A stretch of DNA of 64,000 nt from Nocardioidaceae bacterium (GTDB lineage Bacteria; Actinomycetota; Actinomycetes; Propionibacteriales; Nocardioidaceae), in assembly GCA_039915665.1 (NCBI GenBank), contig JBDSMW010000011.1, positions 1,883 through 65,882 on the forward strand, written 5' to 3'. The notes beneath the pieces are model-generated. The model saw nothing but the letters and a program-made list of their open reading frames with translations. It did no database searches and had not been told where the DNA came from. Positions 54,069 to 63,681 of this stretch are shown here, one piece after another; the stretch's first letter is position 1; the number at the start of each line of letters is the position of its first letter. A program made the translations under genes and the position numbers.

Positions 54069-55462
54069 ACGACCCGCGCGCTAAGCCGAAGCGCCGTCCC
54101 CGCAGCACGCCCGTCGACCCGTCCCGTGAGGCCGCGTTCGACGTGCTCGCGGCGGTCCGGGAGCAGGACGCCTACACCAACCTGGTGCTGCCACCGCTGC
54201 TCCGGTCCCGGGGCCTGACCGGGCGCGACGCGGCCTTCGCCACCGAGCTGGTGTCGGGGACGGTGCGCAGGCAGGGCACCTACGACGCGGTCATCGCCGC
54301 CAACGTGAACCGACCGCTGGCCAAGGTGGACGGCGCGGTGCTCGACGCGCTCCGCCTCGGCACCCACCAGCTCCTCGCGATGCGGGTGCCGTCGCACGCG
54401 GCCGTCGGCACCAGCGTCGACCTGGTCCGGGCCAAGGTCGGCCAGGGCCCGTCCGGGTTCGTCAACGCCGTGCTGCGCAAGGTCGCGGCCCACGACCTGT
54501 CCGGCTGGGTCCGCCGAGTCGCCCCCGACCCGGCCTCCGACCCCGTCGGGTTCGCCTCCGTCGCGCACTCCCACCCGCGCTGGGTGGTCACGGCCATGAT
54601 CGAGGCGCTCGGTGACCGCGCCGCCGAGCTAGACGACCTGCTGGCCGCCGACAACGCACCGCCCAAGGTCACCCTGGTGGCCCGGCCCGGCCTGTCCTCC
54701 GTCGAGGAGCTGGTCGCTGCCGGCGGCACCGCGTCCGAGCGCTCGCCCTACGCCGTGGTGCTCGACGGCGGCGACCCCGGTGAGGTGCCCGCCGTCCGTG
54801 AGGGCCGGGCCGGGGTGCAGGACGAGGGGTCCCAGCTGGTTGCCGCGGCGCTGGCCGACGCTCCCCTCGACGGCCGTGACGAGCGCTGGCTGGACCTCTG
54901 TGCGGGACCGGGCGGGAAGTCCGCCCTGCTCGCCGCGCTGGCCGGCTCCCAGGGCGCCCGGCTGCTGGCCTCCGAGCGGCAGGAGCACCGGTCCCGGTTG
55001 GTCGCCTCCACCACCCGACGGGTGGGCGCCGGCCTGCTCGGCGTGGTCACCGCCGACGGTCTGCGCCCCGCCTGGTCCGACGGCGCCTTCGACCGCGTCC
55101 TGGTCGACGCACCCTGCTCCGGACTGGGCGCCCTCCGACGGCGGCCGGAGTCCCGGTGGCGACGCACGCCCGAGGACCTCGACCAGCTTGTGCCCCTGCA
55201 GCAGGCCCTGCTCGCCTCCGCGCTCGACGCCGTGCGGCCCGGGGGATTGGTGGCCTACGCGACCTGCTCCCCGGTCCTGGCCGAGACGGCCGGGGTGGTC
55301 TCCCACGCGCTCGCCGCCCGAGACGACGTGCACCTCGAGGACGCGGTGCCGCTGTTCCCCGTCGTGACCGACCTGGCCGGCCCGCTGCCCGGCACCGTCC
55401 AGCTGTGGCCGCACCGGCACGGCACCGACGCGATGTTCCTGGCCCTTCTTCGCCGCACGTGA
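54065..55462 (+). CDS. rsmB: 16S rRNA (cytosine-C5)-methyltransferase RsmB/Sun
   Basis: ATGA overlap with fmt. It has a NusB-like N-terminal domain and the SAM-MTase motifs [18 protein letters not shown] and YATCS. Confidence 0.9.
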   Translation: MNDPRAKPKRRPRSTPVDPSREAAFDVLAAVREQDAYTNLVLPPLLRSRGLTGRDAAFATELVSGTVRRQGTYDAVIAANVNRPLAKVDGAVLDALRLGTHQLLAMRVPSHAAVGTSVDLVRAKVGQGPSGFVNAVLRKVAAHDLSGWVRRVAPDPASDPVGFASVAHSHPRWVVTAMIEALGDRAAELDDLLAADNAPPKVTLVARPGLSSVEELVAAGGTASERSPYAVVLDGGDPGEVPAVREGRAGVQDEGSQLVAAALADAPLDGRDERWLDLCAGPGGKSALLAALAGSQGARLLASERQEHRSRLVASTTRRVGAGLLGVVTADGLRPAWSDGAFDRVLVDAPCSGLGALRRRPESRWRRTPEDLDQLVPLQQALLASALDAVRPGGLVAYATCSPVLAETAGVVSHALAARDDVHLEDAVPLFPVVTDLAGPLPGTVQLWPHRHGTDAMFLALLRRT

Positions 55463-55486
55463 CAACCCCGTCGTCGTCCGCGACGT

Positions 55487-56332
55487 TTGTCCTCCCGAGA
55501 CGGCGACGAGGGGGACCGATGCGGCGCAGCGAGCGTGACCGGGCGTTCGTGGCGCTCGTGGATGCCCGCCGGGGGCAGCTGGTCCGCCCGGGTGCTGGTC
55601 AACATCGTGCGGGACGACTGGCGCTGGCGGCACCGTCGACCCGAGCACCTGGTCGACGGGCTGCCGGACGACCAGCCGACGATGCGACAGGGCAGCGGCG
55701 ACGACCTGCGGGCCGGCTGCTCCCGGCTCCGGGCCGTCGGGGGACCGGTCGCCTCCGTCCCGGACGACCCGGCCGCGGCGGTGATCGGCCGCTGCACCCG
55801 GACCGACAACGGGGCGCTGGACCCCACGACCTTCGGGGCCGGCTCCCGGATCTTCACCATGGAGACGTCGTCGGGCGGGGACGTCAATGCGGTGATCCTC
55901 TCCTCCGACGGCCGGACCTGGGGCTCGTGCTGGCTGTCCGGCCGGTCGACGACGGAGTTCAACGGCTACGCGTCGGCGTACCCGATGACCGAGGGCCGCC
56001 CGCCCGGGCCGGTCACGGAGACCAACGGGATGTCCTACGGTCGCGGGCAGTTCTGGTATGTCGACCGGTTCACCCCGGAGGTCGCGTCGGTGTCGGTGCG
56101 CGCGCAGGGTCAGGTGCTCGAGGCCAGGGCCGTCGACGGGTTCGTCGCCTTCATGCGGGACCTGCCCGGCCTGACCTCCGACTCCGAGCCGTCGTTCGAG
56201 GTCACCCTCTATTCCGCGGACGGCACCGAGCTCGCCGGCAAGGCCACGGCACGGGGGGACGACACGCTGCCGCAGGCCTTCTGGTCCTGGGTCCCCGACG
56301 AGGAGCTGCCCGACGGCGGTGCCGGTCGCTGA
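55487..56332 (+). CDS. Hypothetical ORF; the C-terminal two thirds look like a genuine beta-rich protein, and the N-terminus carries a sigma-factor region-2 relic
   Basis: This frame has coding-like third-position GC from about 55590 onward (RVLVNIVRDDWRWRHRRPE ... FTMETSSGGDVNAVILSSDGRTWGSCW ... VSVRAQGQVLEARAVDGFVAF). The TTG start at 55487 is not convincing, so the true start is unknown. Confidence 0.45.
   Translation: MSSRDGDEGDRCGAASVTGRSWRSWMPAGGSWSARVLVNIVRDDWRWRHRRPEHLVDGLPDDQPTMRQGSGDDLRAGCSRLRAVGGPVASVPDDPAAAVIGRCTRTDNGALDPTTFGAGSRIFTMETSSGGDVNAVILSSDGRTWGSCWLSGRSTTEFNGYASAYPMTEGRPPGPVTETNGMSYGRGQFWYVDRFTPEVASVSVRAQGQVLEARAVDGFVAFMRDLPGLTSDSEPSFEVTLYSADGTELAGKATARGDDTLPQAFWSWVPDEELPDGGAGR
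55519..55650 (+). pseudogene. Frameshifted/internally deleted ECF (SigE-type) sigma factor N-terminal relic
   Basis: The ATG at 55519 gives MRRSERDRAFVALVDARRGQLV, a typical start of actinobacterial SigE-family sigmas. It then runs out of frame. The +1 frame continues with ARVLVNIVRDDWRWRHRRPE (region 2.3/2.4-like). Regions 2.1-2.2 and region 4 are absent. Confidence 0.55.
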
Positions 56333-56360
56333 GGTGCTCACGACCTAGGATCGACCCACC

Positions 56361-57020
56361 ATGGGTATCCAGATCTCGCCGAGCCTGCTCGCCTCCGACT
56401 TCGCCAACCTCGCCTCCGAGGCTGCCCGGATCGGCAACGCCGACTGGTTGCACGTGGACGTGATGGACAACCACTTCGTCCCGAACCTCACCTTCGGGCT
56501 GCCGGTCGTCGAGGCGATCGGCAAGGCGTCCTCGACGCCGATGGACTGCCACCTGATGATCGAGGACCCGGACCGGTGGGCGCCGGCCTACGTCGAGGCG
56601 GGGGCCGGGTCGGTGACCTTCCACGTCGAGGTCGCGGCGGCCCCGGTGCGGCTGGCCCGGGAGATCCGGGCCCAGGGTGCCCGCGCCGGGATGGGGCTCA
56701 AGCCGGCCACGCCGATCGACCCCTATGAGGACCTGCTGCCCGAGCTCGACATGGTGCTGGTGATGACCGTCGAACCCGGCTTCGGTGGCCAGAAGTTCCT
56801 GGACCTCTGCCTGCCGAAGATCCGGCGCACCCGCGACCTGGTGGCCAAGCACGGGCTCGACGTGTGGCTGCAGGTCGACGGCGGAGTGTCGCTGGAGACC
56901 ATCGAGCGGTGCGCCGAGGCCGGGGCGGACGTCTTCGTCGCCGGGTCGGCCGTGTTCTCCGCCGACGACCCGAACGCGATGATCGAGTCGCTGCGCTCCT
57001 CGGCGGCCGCGGCGTCCTGA
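56361..57020 (+). CDS. rpe: Ribulose-phosphate 3-epimerase
   Basis: [33 protein letters not shown] and [12 protein letters not shown] motifs. Confidence 0.95.
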   Translation: MGIQISPSLLASDFANLASEAARIGNADWLHVDVMDNHFVPNLTFGLPVVEAIGKASSTPMDCHLMIEDPDRWAPAYVEAGAGSVTFHVEVAAAPVRLAREIRAQGARAGMGLKPATPIDPYEDLLPELDMVLVMTVEPGFGGQKFLDLCLPKIRRTRDLVAKHGLDVWLQVDGGVSLETIERCAEAGADVFVAGSAVFSADDPNAMIESLRSSAAAAS

Positions 57021-57104
57021 GCGCCCCGGCAGCAGGGCTCCAGGTAGCGGACCTCACACACCCCCGTTCTGCCGGATGTGGGACGCTGAGTCCGAACAAG
57101 TTTT

Positions 57105-57230
57105 GCGTGCTCTGGGGTCGGTGCAATTCCGAGCCGGCGGTGAAAGTCCGCGACCCGGCTGCAGCCAGCAGCCGGTTGACCAGGTGGAACCCCTGGACCG
57201 ACGGTCAAAGTCCGGATGGGAAGCGCACGC
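57105..57230 (+). promoter_or_regulatory. FMN riboswitch (RFN element) aptamer
   Basis: P1 pairs GCGTGC (57105-10) with GCACGC (57225-30). Conserved cores are GGGGTCGGTGCAATTCCGAGCCGGCGGTGAAAGTCCGCGACCCG and GGTTGACCAGGTGGAACCCCTGGACCGACGGTCAAAGTCCGGATGGGAAG. It lies 75 nt upstream of ribD. Confidence 0.9.
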
Positions 57231-57304
57231 AGGCCTGCTGCTGAGTCGGCACGCCTGTCTTTCTCGACGCCCGGAGTCCGTGAGCACGGACGAGAGGGCC
57301 ATCG

Positions 57305-58351
57305 ATGACCGCGAGCAGCGCCGAGCGCGCCGCGATGCTGCGTGCCCTCTCGCTCGCCGCCGGACCGGAGGTCCCGCTCGGACCGAACCCGCGGGTCGGC
57401 TGCGTCCTCCTCGACCCCTCCGGTACGGCGGTCGCGGAAGGGTTCCACCGGGGCGCCGGCACGCCGCACGCCGAGGTGGACGCGCTGACCCGGGCCGGTG
57501 ACCGGGCCTTCGGAACTACCGCCGTGGTGACCCTGGAGCCGTGCCACCACACCGGCCGGACCGGACCCTGCTCGCGGGCGCTGCTCGACGCGGGGGTGGC
57601 CCGGGTCGTCTACGCCCAGGACGACGGCAACCCGGTCGCGACCGGCGGCGCGGCCTTCCTGCGGGGGGCGGGTGTCGACGTCGAGGGTGGCCTGCTGGCC
57701 GACGAGGCCCGGGCGCTGAACCCGACGTGGACGTTCGCTCATGCGCACGGCCGCCCCTTCGTGACCTGGAAGCTCGCCACCACCCTCGACGGCCGCAGCG
57801 CCGCGGCCGACGGCACCTCCCGCTGGGTCAGCTCCCTCCCGGCCCGCAGGGACACCCACCGGCTGCGCGCGCTGTCCGACGCGATCCTCGTGGGCACCGG
57901 GACCGTCCTGGTCGACGACCCGCAGCTGACCGTCCGCGACCTGGATGACGTGCCGCTGCCCCGGGAGCACCAGCCGCTGCGCGCCGTGATGGGTCTGCGA
58001 GAGGTGCCGGCCGACCGGCGCGTGCTCGATGACACCGCCGAGACCGTGCTGCTCCGGACCCGCGACCCGAACGAGGCGCTGGCGGCTCTGCGGGACCGCG
58101 ACCGCCAGCACGTGTTCCTCGAGGGCGGTCCTACGCTGGCCGCGGCCTTCCTGTCGGCGGGGCTCGTGGACGAGGTGGTCTGCTACCTCGCTCCGCTGCT
58201 GCTGGGCGCCGGGCTCAGCGGTGTCGGCGACCTGGGCATAGCCACGATCCGCGACGCGTTGCCCCTCGACCTGGTCGACGTGAGCGTGCTCGGCGACGGC
58301 CCGGAGTCCAACGTCCGCCTGACCCTGACCCCGAAGAAGGAGACCGCCTGA
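57305..58351 (+). CDS. ribD: Bifunctional diaminohydroxyphosphoribosylaminopyrimidine deaminase / 5-amino-6-(5-phosphoribosylamino)uracil reductase
   Basis: Deaminase zinc motifs HAEVDAL and TLEPCHHTGRTGPC, followed by a reductase domain (TWKLATTLDGR). Confidence 0.93.
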   Translation: MTASSAERAAMLRALSLAAGPEVPLGPNPRVGCVLLDPSGTAVAEGFHRGAGTPHAEVDALTRAGDRAFGTTAVVTLEPCHHTGRTGPCSRALLDAGVARVVYAQDDGNPVATGGAAFLRGAGVDVEGGLLADEARALNPTWTFAHAHGRPFVTWKLATTLDGRSAAADGTSRWVSSLPARRDTHRLRALSDAILVGTGTVLVDDPQLTVRDLDDVPLPREHQPLRAVMGLREVPADRRVLDDTAETVLLRTRDPNEALAALRDRDRQHVFLEGGPTLAAAFLSAGLVDEVVCYLAPLLLGAGLSGVGDLGIATIRDALPLDLVDVSVLGDGPESNVRLTLTPKKETA

Positions 58352-58974
58352 TGTTCACCGGCATCGTCGAGGAGCTCGGCGTCGTGGAGTCCCTGGAGGA
58401 CCAGGGCGACGCGATCCGGCTGACGCTCCGCGCCCCGCACGTCATCACCGACGCCCGGCTCGGCGACTCCATCTCGGTCAACGGCTGCTGCCTGACCGTC
58501 GCCCAGCGCGACGGCGAGACGTTCACCGCCGACGTGATGCGCGAGACGCTGTCCAAGACGTCGCTCGGCGCGCTCGAACCGGGCGCCCGCGTGAACCTGG
58601 AGCGCGCCGTCACCGCGACCACCCGGCTCGGGGGTCACATCGTCCAGGGTCACGTCGACGGCACCGGTTCCGTCGTACGCCGGGAAGCCTCGGAGCACTG
58701 GGAGGTCGTGGAGATCTCGCTGCCCGACGGCCTGTCGCGCTACCTCGTCGACAAGGGGTCGATCACCGTCGACGGGATCTCGCTGACGGTGGTTTCGACC
58801 AGCTCGACCAACGGGGGCGACAGCTTCACCGTCTCGCTGATCCCGGAGACCCTCGCCCGCACCACGCTCGGCTTCAAGCAGCCCGGCGATCTCGTCAACC
58901 TCGAGGTCGACGTCATCGCGAAGTACGTCGAACGCCTCGTCGCCCCGCACACCGACCGCAAGGACACCCCATGA
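58351..58974 (+). CDS. ribE: Riboflavin synthase
   Basis: [10 protein letters not shown], a duplicated lumazine-binding repeat ([11 protein letters not shown] / [11 protein letters not shown]). Confidence 0.93.
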   Translation: MFTGIVEELGVVESLEDQGDAIRLTLRAPHVITDARLGDSISVNGCCLTVAQRDGETFTADVMRETLSKTSLGALEPGARVNLERAVTATTRLGGHIVQGHVDGTGSVVRREASEHWEVVEISLPDGLSRYLVDKGSITVDGISLTVVSTSSTNGGDSFTVSLIPETLARTTLGFKQPGDLVNLEVDVIAKYVERLVAPHTDRKDTP

Positions 58975-59669
58975 GCCTCGCCACCCAGCTCTACGACGCC
59001 CACCTGACCATCGCCGGGCACCCGATCACCTGGCGCGAGATCGTCGGCAACGCGTTCGGGTTCGCCTCGGCCGTCGGCGGCCTGCGTCGCCGGGTGTGGG
59101 CCTGGCCGGTCGGCATCGTCGGCAACGTGCTGCTGTTCACCGTGTTCGTCGGGGCGACCTTCGAGGCCGAGGCGCAGGTGCCGCTGTTCGGGCAGGCCGG
59201 ACGGCAGGTGTTCTTCATCGTCACCAGCATCTACGGCTGGCACCGGTGGCGGCAGGTCCGCCTGGCCCGGGGCGGCGACAGCGACCGGCCCGCGATCACC
59301 CCGCGGTGGGCGACGGCGAGCGAGCGCGTGGCCTACCTGGTCGCCGCGGTGGCCGGTGTCCTCCTGCTGCAGTGGGTGTTCAGCGTGATCGGCGCCGGCT
59401 TCCCCGCGCCCCGCTGGTACTACTGGTGCGACGCCTGGATCTTTGTCGGGTCGATGGTCGCGACGTACGCCATGGCCCGGGGCTGGAACGACTTCTGGCT
59501 GGCCTGGATCGCGGTCGACCTGGTCGGCGTCCCGCTGCTGTGGCACTCGCAGTACTACCCGACCGCGATCCTCTTCGTGGTCTACGGCTTCCTGGTCGTC
59601 TGGGGCTTCTTCGTGTGGCTCAAGGCCTCGCGCGTCGAGGACCCCGAGCCGGAGAAGGTGCACGCATGA
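58971..59669 (+). CDS. PnuC-family transporter inside the rib operon (RibM/PnuX-type riboflavin transporter candidate)
   Basis: 232 aa polytopic protein with PnuC-like Trp-rich helices ([34 protein letters not shown]). It overlaps both ribE and ribBA by ATGA. Confidence 0.75.
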   Translation: MSLATQLYDAHLTIAGHPITWREIVGNAFGFASAVGGLRRRVWAWPVGIVGNVLLFTVFVGATFEAEAQVPLFGQAGRQVFFIVTSIYGWHRWRQVRLARGGDSDRPAITPRWATASERVAYLVAAVAGVLLLQWVFSVIGAGFPAPRWYYWCDAWIFVGSMVATYAMARGWNDFWLAWIAVDLVGVPLLWHSQYYPTAILFVVYGFLVVWGFFVWLKASRVEDPEPEKVHA

Positions 59670-60910
59670 GCGCCCCGCAGGTCCGGCTCGACAGCGTCGA
59701 GAAGGCCGTCGCGGACATCGCGGCCGGTCAGGCCGTCGTGGTCGTCGACGACGAGGACCGCGAGAACGAGGGCGACCTGATCTTCGCCGCGTCCAGGTCG
59801 ACGCCGGAGCTCATGGCGTTCACCGTCCGCTACTCCTCGGGCGTGATCTGCGTGCCCGTCACGGCGTCGACGCTCGACCGGCTCGGCATCCCGCTGATGA
59901 CCCCGCACAACCGCGAGCGGATGCGGACGGCGTACACCGTCTCCGTCGACGCCCGCGACGGGATCACCACCGGCATCTCCGCCGCCGACCGCTCGCACAC
60001 GGTCCGCACCCTGATCGACTCCGCGACCGAGGCCTTCGAGGTCGTCCAGCCCGGGCACGTCTTCCCGCTGCGGTACGCCGAGGGCGGGGTGCTGGTGCGA
60101 CCGGGGCACACCGAGGCCGCCGTGGACCTGGCCCGACTGGCCGGTCTGGAGCCGGCCGGGGTGATCTCCGAGATCGTCAACGACGATGGCACGATGAAGC
60201 GCGGTCAGCAGCTGCGCGAGTTCGCCGACGAGCACGGCCTGTCGATGATCTCCATCGACCAGCTGATCCACCACCGCCGGCGGCACGAGAACCACGTCGA
60301 GCGGGTGGCCGAGACCCGCCTGCCGACCGAGCAAGGCGACTTCACGGCCTACGGCTACCGGATCACCATCGACGGCTCGGAGCACCTGGCCCTGGTGCAC
60401 GGGGACATCTCGGGTGACGCACCGGTGCTGACCCGCGTGCACTCGGAGTGCCTGACCGGTGACGTGCTCGGATCGCGTCGGTGCGACTGCGGCTCGCAGC
60501 TCGAGGAGGCGCTCGACCTGATCGTCGCCGAGGGTCGTGGCGTGGTGGTCTACCTCCGCGGGCACGAGGGCCGCGGGATCGGGCTGGTGGCCAAGCTGCA
60601 GGCCTACCAGCTCCAGGACGGCGGCCGGGACACCGTCGACGCCAACCTCGACCTCGGCCTGCCGGCCGACGCGCGGCACTACGGTGCGGCCACCCAGGTG
60701 CTGCGCGACCTCGGGGTGAGCGAGGTGCGGCTGCTGACCAACAACCCCGACAAGGTCTCCAACCTGGAGGAGTACGGCGTGCAGGTGACCGAGCGCGTGC
60801 CCCTCACGGTCCGGCCGAACGACCACAACCTGGCCTACCTGCTGACCAAGCGTGATCGGATGGGGCACCAGCTGCCCGGACTGGGCCCGACGACAGGAGC
60901 CACCTCATGA
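59666..60910 (+). CDS. ribBA: Bifunctional 3,4-dihydroxy-2-butanone-4-phosphate synthase / GTP cyclohydrolase II
   Basis: [15 protein letters not shown] (DHBP synthase) and [19 protein letters not shown] (GCH II zinc site). Confidence 0.93.
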   Translation: MSAPQVRLDSVEKAVADIAAGQAVVVVDDEDRENEGDLIFAASRSTPELMAFTVRYSSGVICVPVTASTLDRLGIPLMTPHNRERMRTAYTVSVDARDGITTGISAADRSHTVRTLIDSATEAFEVVQPGHVFPLRYAEGGVLVRPGHTEAAVDLARLAGLEPAGVISEIVNDDGTMKRGQQLREFADEHGLSMISIDQLIHHRRRHENHVERVAETRLPTEQGDFTAYGYRITIDGSEHLALVHGDISGDAPVLTRVHSECLTGDVLGSRRCDCGSQLEEALDLIVAEGRGVVVYLRGHEGRGIGLVAKLQAYQLQDGGRDTVDANLDLGLPADARHYGAATQVLRDLGVSEVRLLTNNPDKVSNLEEYGVQVTERVPLTVRPNDHNLAYLLTKRDRMGHQLPGLGPTTGATS

Positions 60911-61404
60911 GCGGAGCCGGATCACCCGAGGACAAGCCCGTCGACTGCCACGACCTGCGGGTCGCCGTGGTCGCCGCACGCTGGCACGAGCAGGTGATGG
61001 ACGGCCTGCTGGCCGGGGCGCAGCGCGCGCTGGCCGACTACCAGGTGGAGGAGCCCGCGATCGTGCGGGTGCCCGGCTCGTTCGAGCTGCCGGTCGTCGC
61101 CGGCGCGCTGGCCGAGCGCGGCTACGAGGCCGTCGTGGCCCTCGGCGTCGTCATCCGGGGCGGCACCCCGCACTTCGAGTACGTCTGCTCCGCCGCCACC
61201 GACGGCCTCGCCCAGATCGCGGTCAACACCGGCGCGGCCGTCGGCTTCGGCCTGCTGACCTGCGACACGGAGGAGCAGGCCCTCGACCGCGCCGGGCTCG
61301 AGGGCTCTCACGAGGACAAGGGCTACGAAGCCACCGCCGCCGCGCTGACCACGGCCCTGACGTTGCGGCGGATCCGTCGCGGCTACGAGCCCGACGGCGG
61401 GTGA
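60907..61404 (+). CDS. ribH: 6,7-dimethyl-8-ribityllumazine synthase
   Basis: [21 protein letters not shown] and [14 protein letters not shown] motifs. Confidence 0.93.
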   Translation: MSGAGSPEDKPVDCHDLRVAVVAARWHEQVMDGLLAGAQRALADYQVEEPAIVRVPGSFELPVVAGALAERGYEAVVALGVVIRGGTPHFEYVCSAATDGLAQIAVNTGAAVGFGLLTCDTEEQALDRAGLEGSHEDKGYEATAAALTTALTLRRIRRGYEPDGG

Positions 61405-61886
61405 CCCGGCTCCGTGCGGCCGCTCGGGCGCTGGTCGTCGACCCCGACGACCGGATCCTGCTGTGCCGGTTCGACCTGGCCGACCAGGGTGTCGTGGTGT
61501 GGACGGCCCCCGGCGGCGGGGTCGAGCCCGGTGAGACGGTGCTCGACGCGCTGCGCCGTGAGCTCGTCGAGGAGATCGGCCTCGCCGTCGACGGGGACCC
61601 GCCGCACGTGTGGCACCAGGTCGTCGTCGCACCCGGGCACGCCGCCGGGTTCGACGGCGTGGTCAACGACTACTTCCTGGTCCGGACCGAGGTCTTCGAG
61701 CCGCGGGGGTCCTTCGACCCGGCCGCGCTCGCCGACGAGGGCATTACGCGCTTCGCCTGGTGGACGGTGCAGGAGCTCCTCGACCACGACGGTCCGGACC
61801 TGCTCGGCCCGTGCGACCTGCCGCGGCTGCTGGTCGACCTGCTGCACGCCGGGCCTCCGGCGACGCCGCACGACCTCGGCCTCTGA
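61401..61886 (+). CDS. NUDIX hydrolase
   Basis: GTGA overlap with ribH and the Nudix box [24 protein letters not shown]. Confidence 0.85.
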   Translation: MTRLRAAARALVVDPDDRILLCRFDLADQGVVVWTAPGGGVEPGETVLDALRRELVEEIGLAVDGDPPHVWHQVVVAPGHAAGFDGVVNDYFLVRTEVFEPRGSFDPAALADEGITRFAWWTVQELLDHDGPDLLGPCDLPRLLVDLLHAGPPATPHDLGL

Positions 61887-61973
61887 GCCGTCCGGCCCCG
61901 CCCTCCCGTGCGCGACCGGTCCGCTGCACGCCGTACGCTGAGACGGCCCCGCCCCAGACCAGGAAGCCTCTTG

Positions 61974-62237
61974 ATGAAGACGTTCGACCAGCTCTTCGCC
62001 GAGCTCGCCGACAAGGCCCAGAACCGACCCGAGGGCTCCGGCACCGTCCGTGAGCTCGACGCCGGCGTCCATGCGATCGGCAAGAAGCTGGTCGAGGAGG
62101 CCGCCGAGTCCTGGATGGCCGCCGAGCACGAGGGGCCCGAGCGGGCCGCCGAGGAGATCAGTCAGCTGCTGTACCACGCGCAGGTCCTGATGCTCGCCAC
62201 CGGACTCTCGCTCGACGACGTCTACGCCCACCTCTAG
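61974..62237 (+). CDS. hisE: Phosphoribosyl-ATP pyrophosphatase
   Basis: [15 protein letters not shown]...[18 protein letters not shown]...[13 protein letters not shown]. 87 aa from the ATG at 61974. Confidence 0.9.
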   Translation: MKTFDQLFAELADKAQNRPEGSGTVRELDAGVHAIGKKLVEEAAESWMAAEHEGPERAAEEISQLLYHAQVLMLATGLSLDDVYAHL

Positions 62238-62244
62238 AACTTCC

Positions 62245-63129
62245 GTGAAAGGGGCCACCGTGCCCGACGAAACTCCCGGCCGTCTCCTTCGCCTGGCCGT
62301 GCCCAACAAGGGCTCGCTGTCCCAGGCCGCCACCGACATGCTGCGCGAGGCCGGCTACAAGCAGCGCACCGACGCCAAGCGACTGACCCTGACCGACGGC
62401 GAGAACGGCGTCGAGTTCTTCTACCTGCGCCCGCGCGACATCGCGGTGTACGTCGGTGAGGGCACCCTCGACGTCGGCATCACCGGCCGGGACCTGCTGC
62501 TCGACTCGGGGGCCAAGGCCTGCGAGGTGCTCACCCTCGGCTTCGGCCGGTCGCGCTTCCACTTCGCGGCCCCGCCCGGCACCGCGTCCGGCGTCGGCGA
62601 CCTGGCTGGCAAGCGGATCGCGACGTCGTACGCCGGTGTGGTCGCCCGACACCTCGAGCAGCACGGCGTCGACGCCACGGTGACCCGGCTCGACGGCGCC
62701 GTGGAGAGCAGCGTGCAGCTCGGTGTGGCCGACGTGATCGCGGACGTCGTGGAGACCGGCAGCACCCTGCGCAACGCGGGCCTGGAGGTCTTCGGCGAGC
62801 CGATTCTGGAGTCCGAGGCCGTGCTCGTCACCCGGGCCGGGGTGGACGCCCCGGTCGGGCTCGAGGTGTTTGTGCGGCGGCTCGAGGGAGTCCTGGTCGC
62901 GCGGTCCTACGTGATGATGGACTACGACATCCACACCGACCAGGTCGAGCAGGCTGTCGGGCTGACCCCCGGCATCGAGAGCCCGACCGTCTCCCCGTTG
63001 CATCGGGAGGGTTGGGTCGCGGTGCGGTCGATGGTCCGCCGCGACGCGGCCCAGCGCGTGATGGACGAGCTGTGGGACCTCGGTGCGCGGGGCATCTTGT
63101 CGACGGACATCCATGCCTGCCGCATCTGA
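62245..63129 (+). CDS. hisG: ATP phosphoribosyltransferase (long form)
   Basis: LRLAVPNKGSL, LDVGITGRDLL and ADVIADVVETGSTLR motifs, plus a C-terminal regulatory domain. Confidence 0.93.
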   Translation: MKGATVPDETPGRLLRLAVPNKGSLSQAATDMLREAGYKQRTDAKRLTLTDGENGVEFFYLRPRDIAVYVGEGTLDVGITGRDLLLDSGAKACEVLTLGFGRSRFHFAAPPGTASGVGDLAGKRIATSYAGVVARHLEQHGVDATVTRLDGAVESSVQLGVADVIADVVETGSTLRNAGLEVFGEPILESEAVLVTRAGVDAPVGLEVFVRRLEGVLVARSYVMMDYDIHTDQVEQAVGLTPGIESPTVSPLHREGWVAVRSMVRRDAAQRVMDELWDLGARGILSTDIHACRI

Positions 63130-63571
63130 GCCTGACCTGACCCTGCCGAAGACGTTCCGCCCGTTCGGTGTCCGGATCGCGATCTACGTCGCCGCCGCGC
63201 TGCTCGTGCTGGTCGTGGTGGTGACCTGGCTGGCGTTCCCGCCCGAGGTTCAGGACGCGTTCAGCTGGTCGCAGCGCTTCACCGTGCTCGGGCTCGGGCT
63301 GATGTTCTACGCCGGCGGCTACGCCCTCGCGCGCAGCCGCGTTGTCGCCCGCGAGGACGGGCTGACGGTCGTGAACGGCTACCGCACGCGCCACTTCGAG
63401 TGGAACGAGGTGCTCGCGGTCACGCTGCGCCCCGGCAGTCCCTGGGCCGAGCTCGACGTCGCCGACGGAACGACCGTGGCCGCGATGGGCATCCAGGGCT
63501 CCGACGGCCGGCGCGCGAAGGCGCACGTGCGCCAGCTCCGTCGCCTCGTCGAGGACCTCACCCACGGTTGA
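63113..63571 (+). CDS. PH-domain-containing membrane protein (bacterial PH / low-molecular-weight antigen-like)
   Basis: Two TM helices followed by GLTVVNGYRTRHFEWNEVLAV...AELDVADGTTVAAMGIQGSD. This is the conserved partner downstream of hisG in actinobacteria. ATG at 63113 is preferred. Confidence 0.7.
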   Translation: MPAASEPDLTLPKTFRPFGVRIAIYVAAALLVLVVVVTWLAFPPEVQDAFSWSQRFTVLGLGLMFYAGGYALARSRVVAREDGLTVVNGYRTRHFEWNEVLAVTLRPGSPWAELDVADGTTVAAMGIQGSDGRRAKAHVRQLRRLVEDLTHG

Positions 63572-63681
63572 CCCGGGCCTCGTTCACCGGTGACCCGGGC
63601 CTCGTGGTGGCCTGAGCCGGGTCTTGCGCGGCCCCGTCCGTCGTACGACGATGGCGCGCACGGCCCGGGAAGGGGTGCACG

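Noticed and set aside
55156-56463. 435-aa ORF in the frame that contains the sigma-like MRRSERDRAFVALVDARRGQLV peptide.
   Set aside because: Only the roughly 22 codons after the ATG at 55519 look like protein. The rest is Arg/Pro/Gly-rich and runs into rpe. The neighbouring frame (55487-56332) carries the coding signal.
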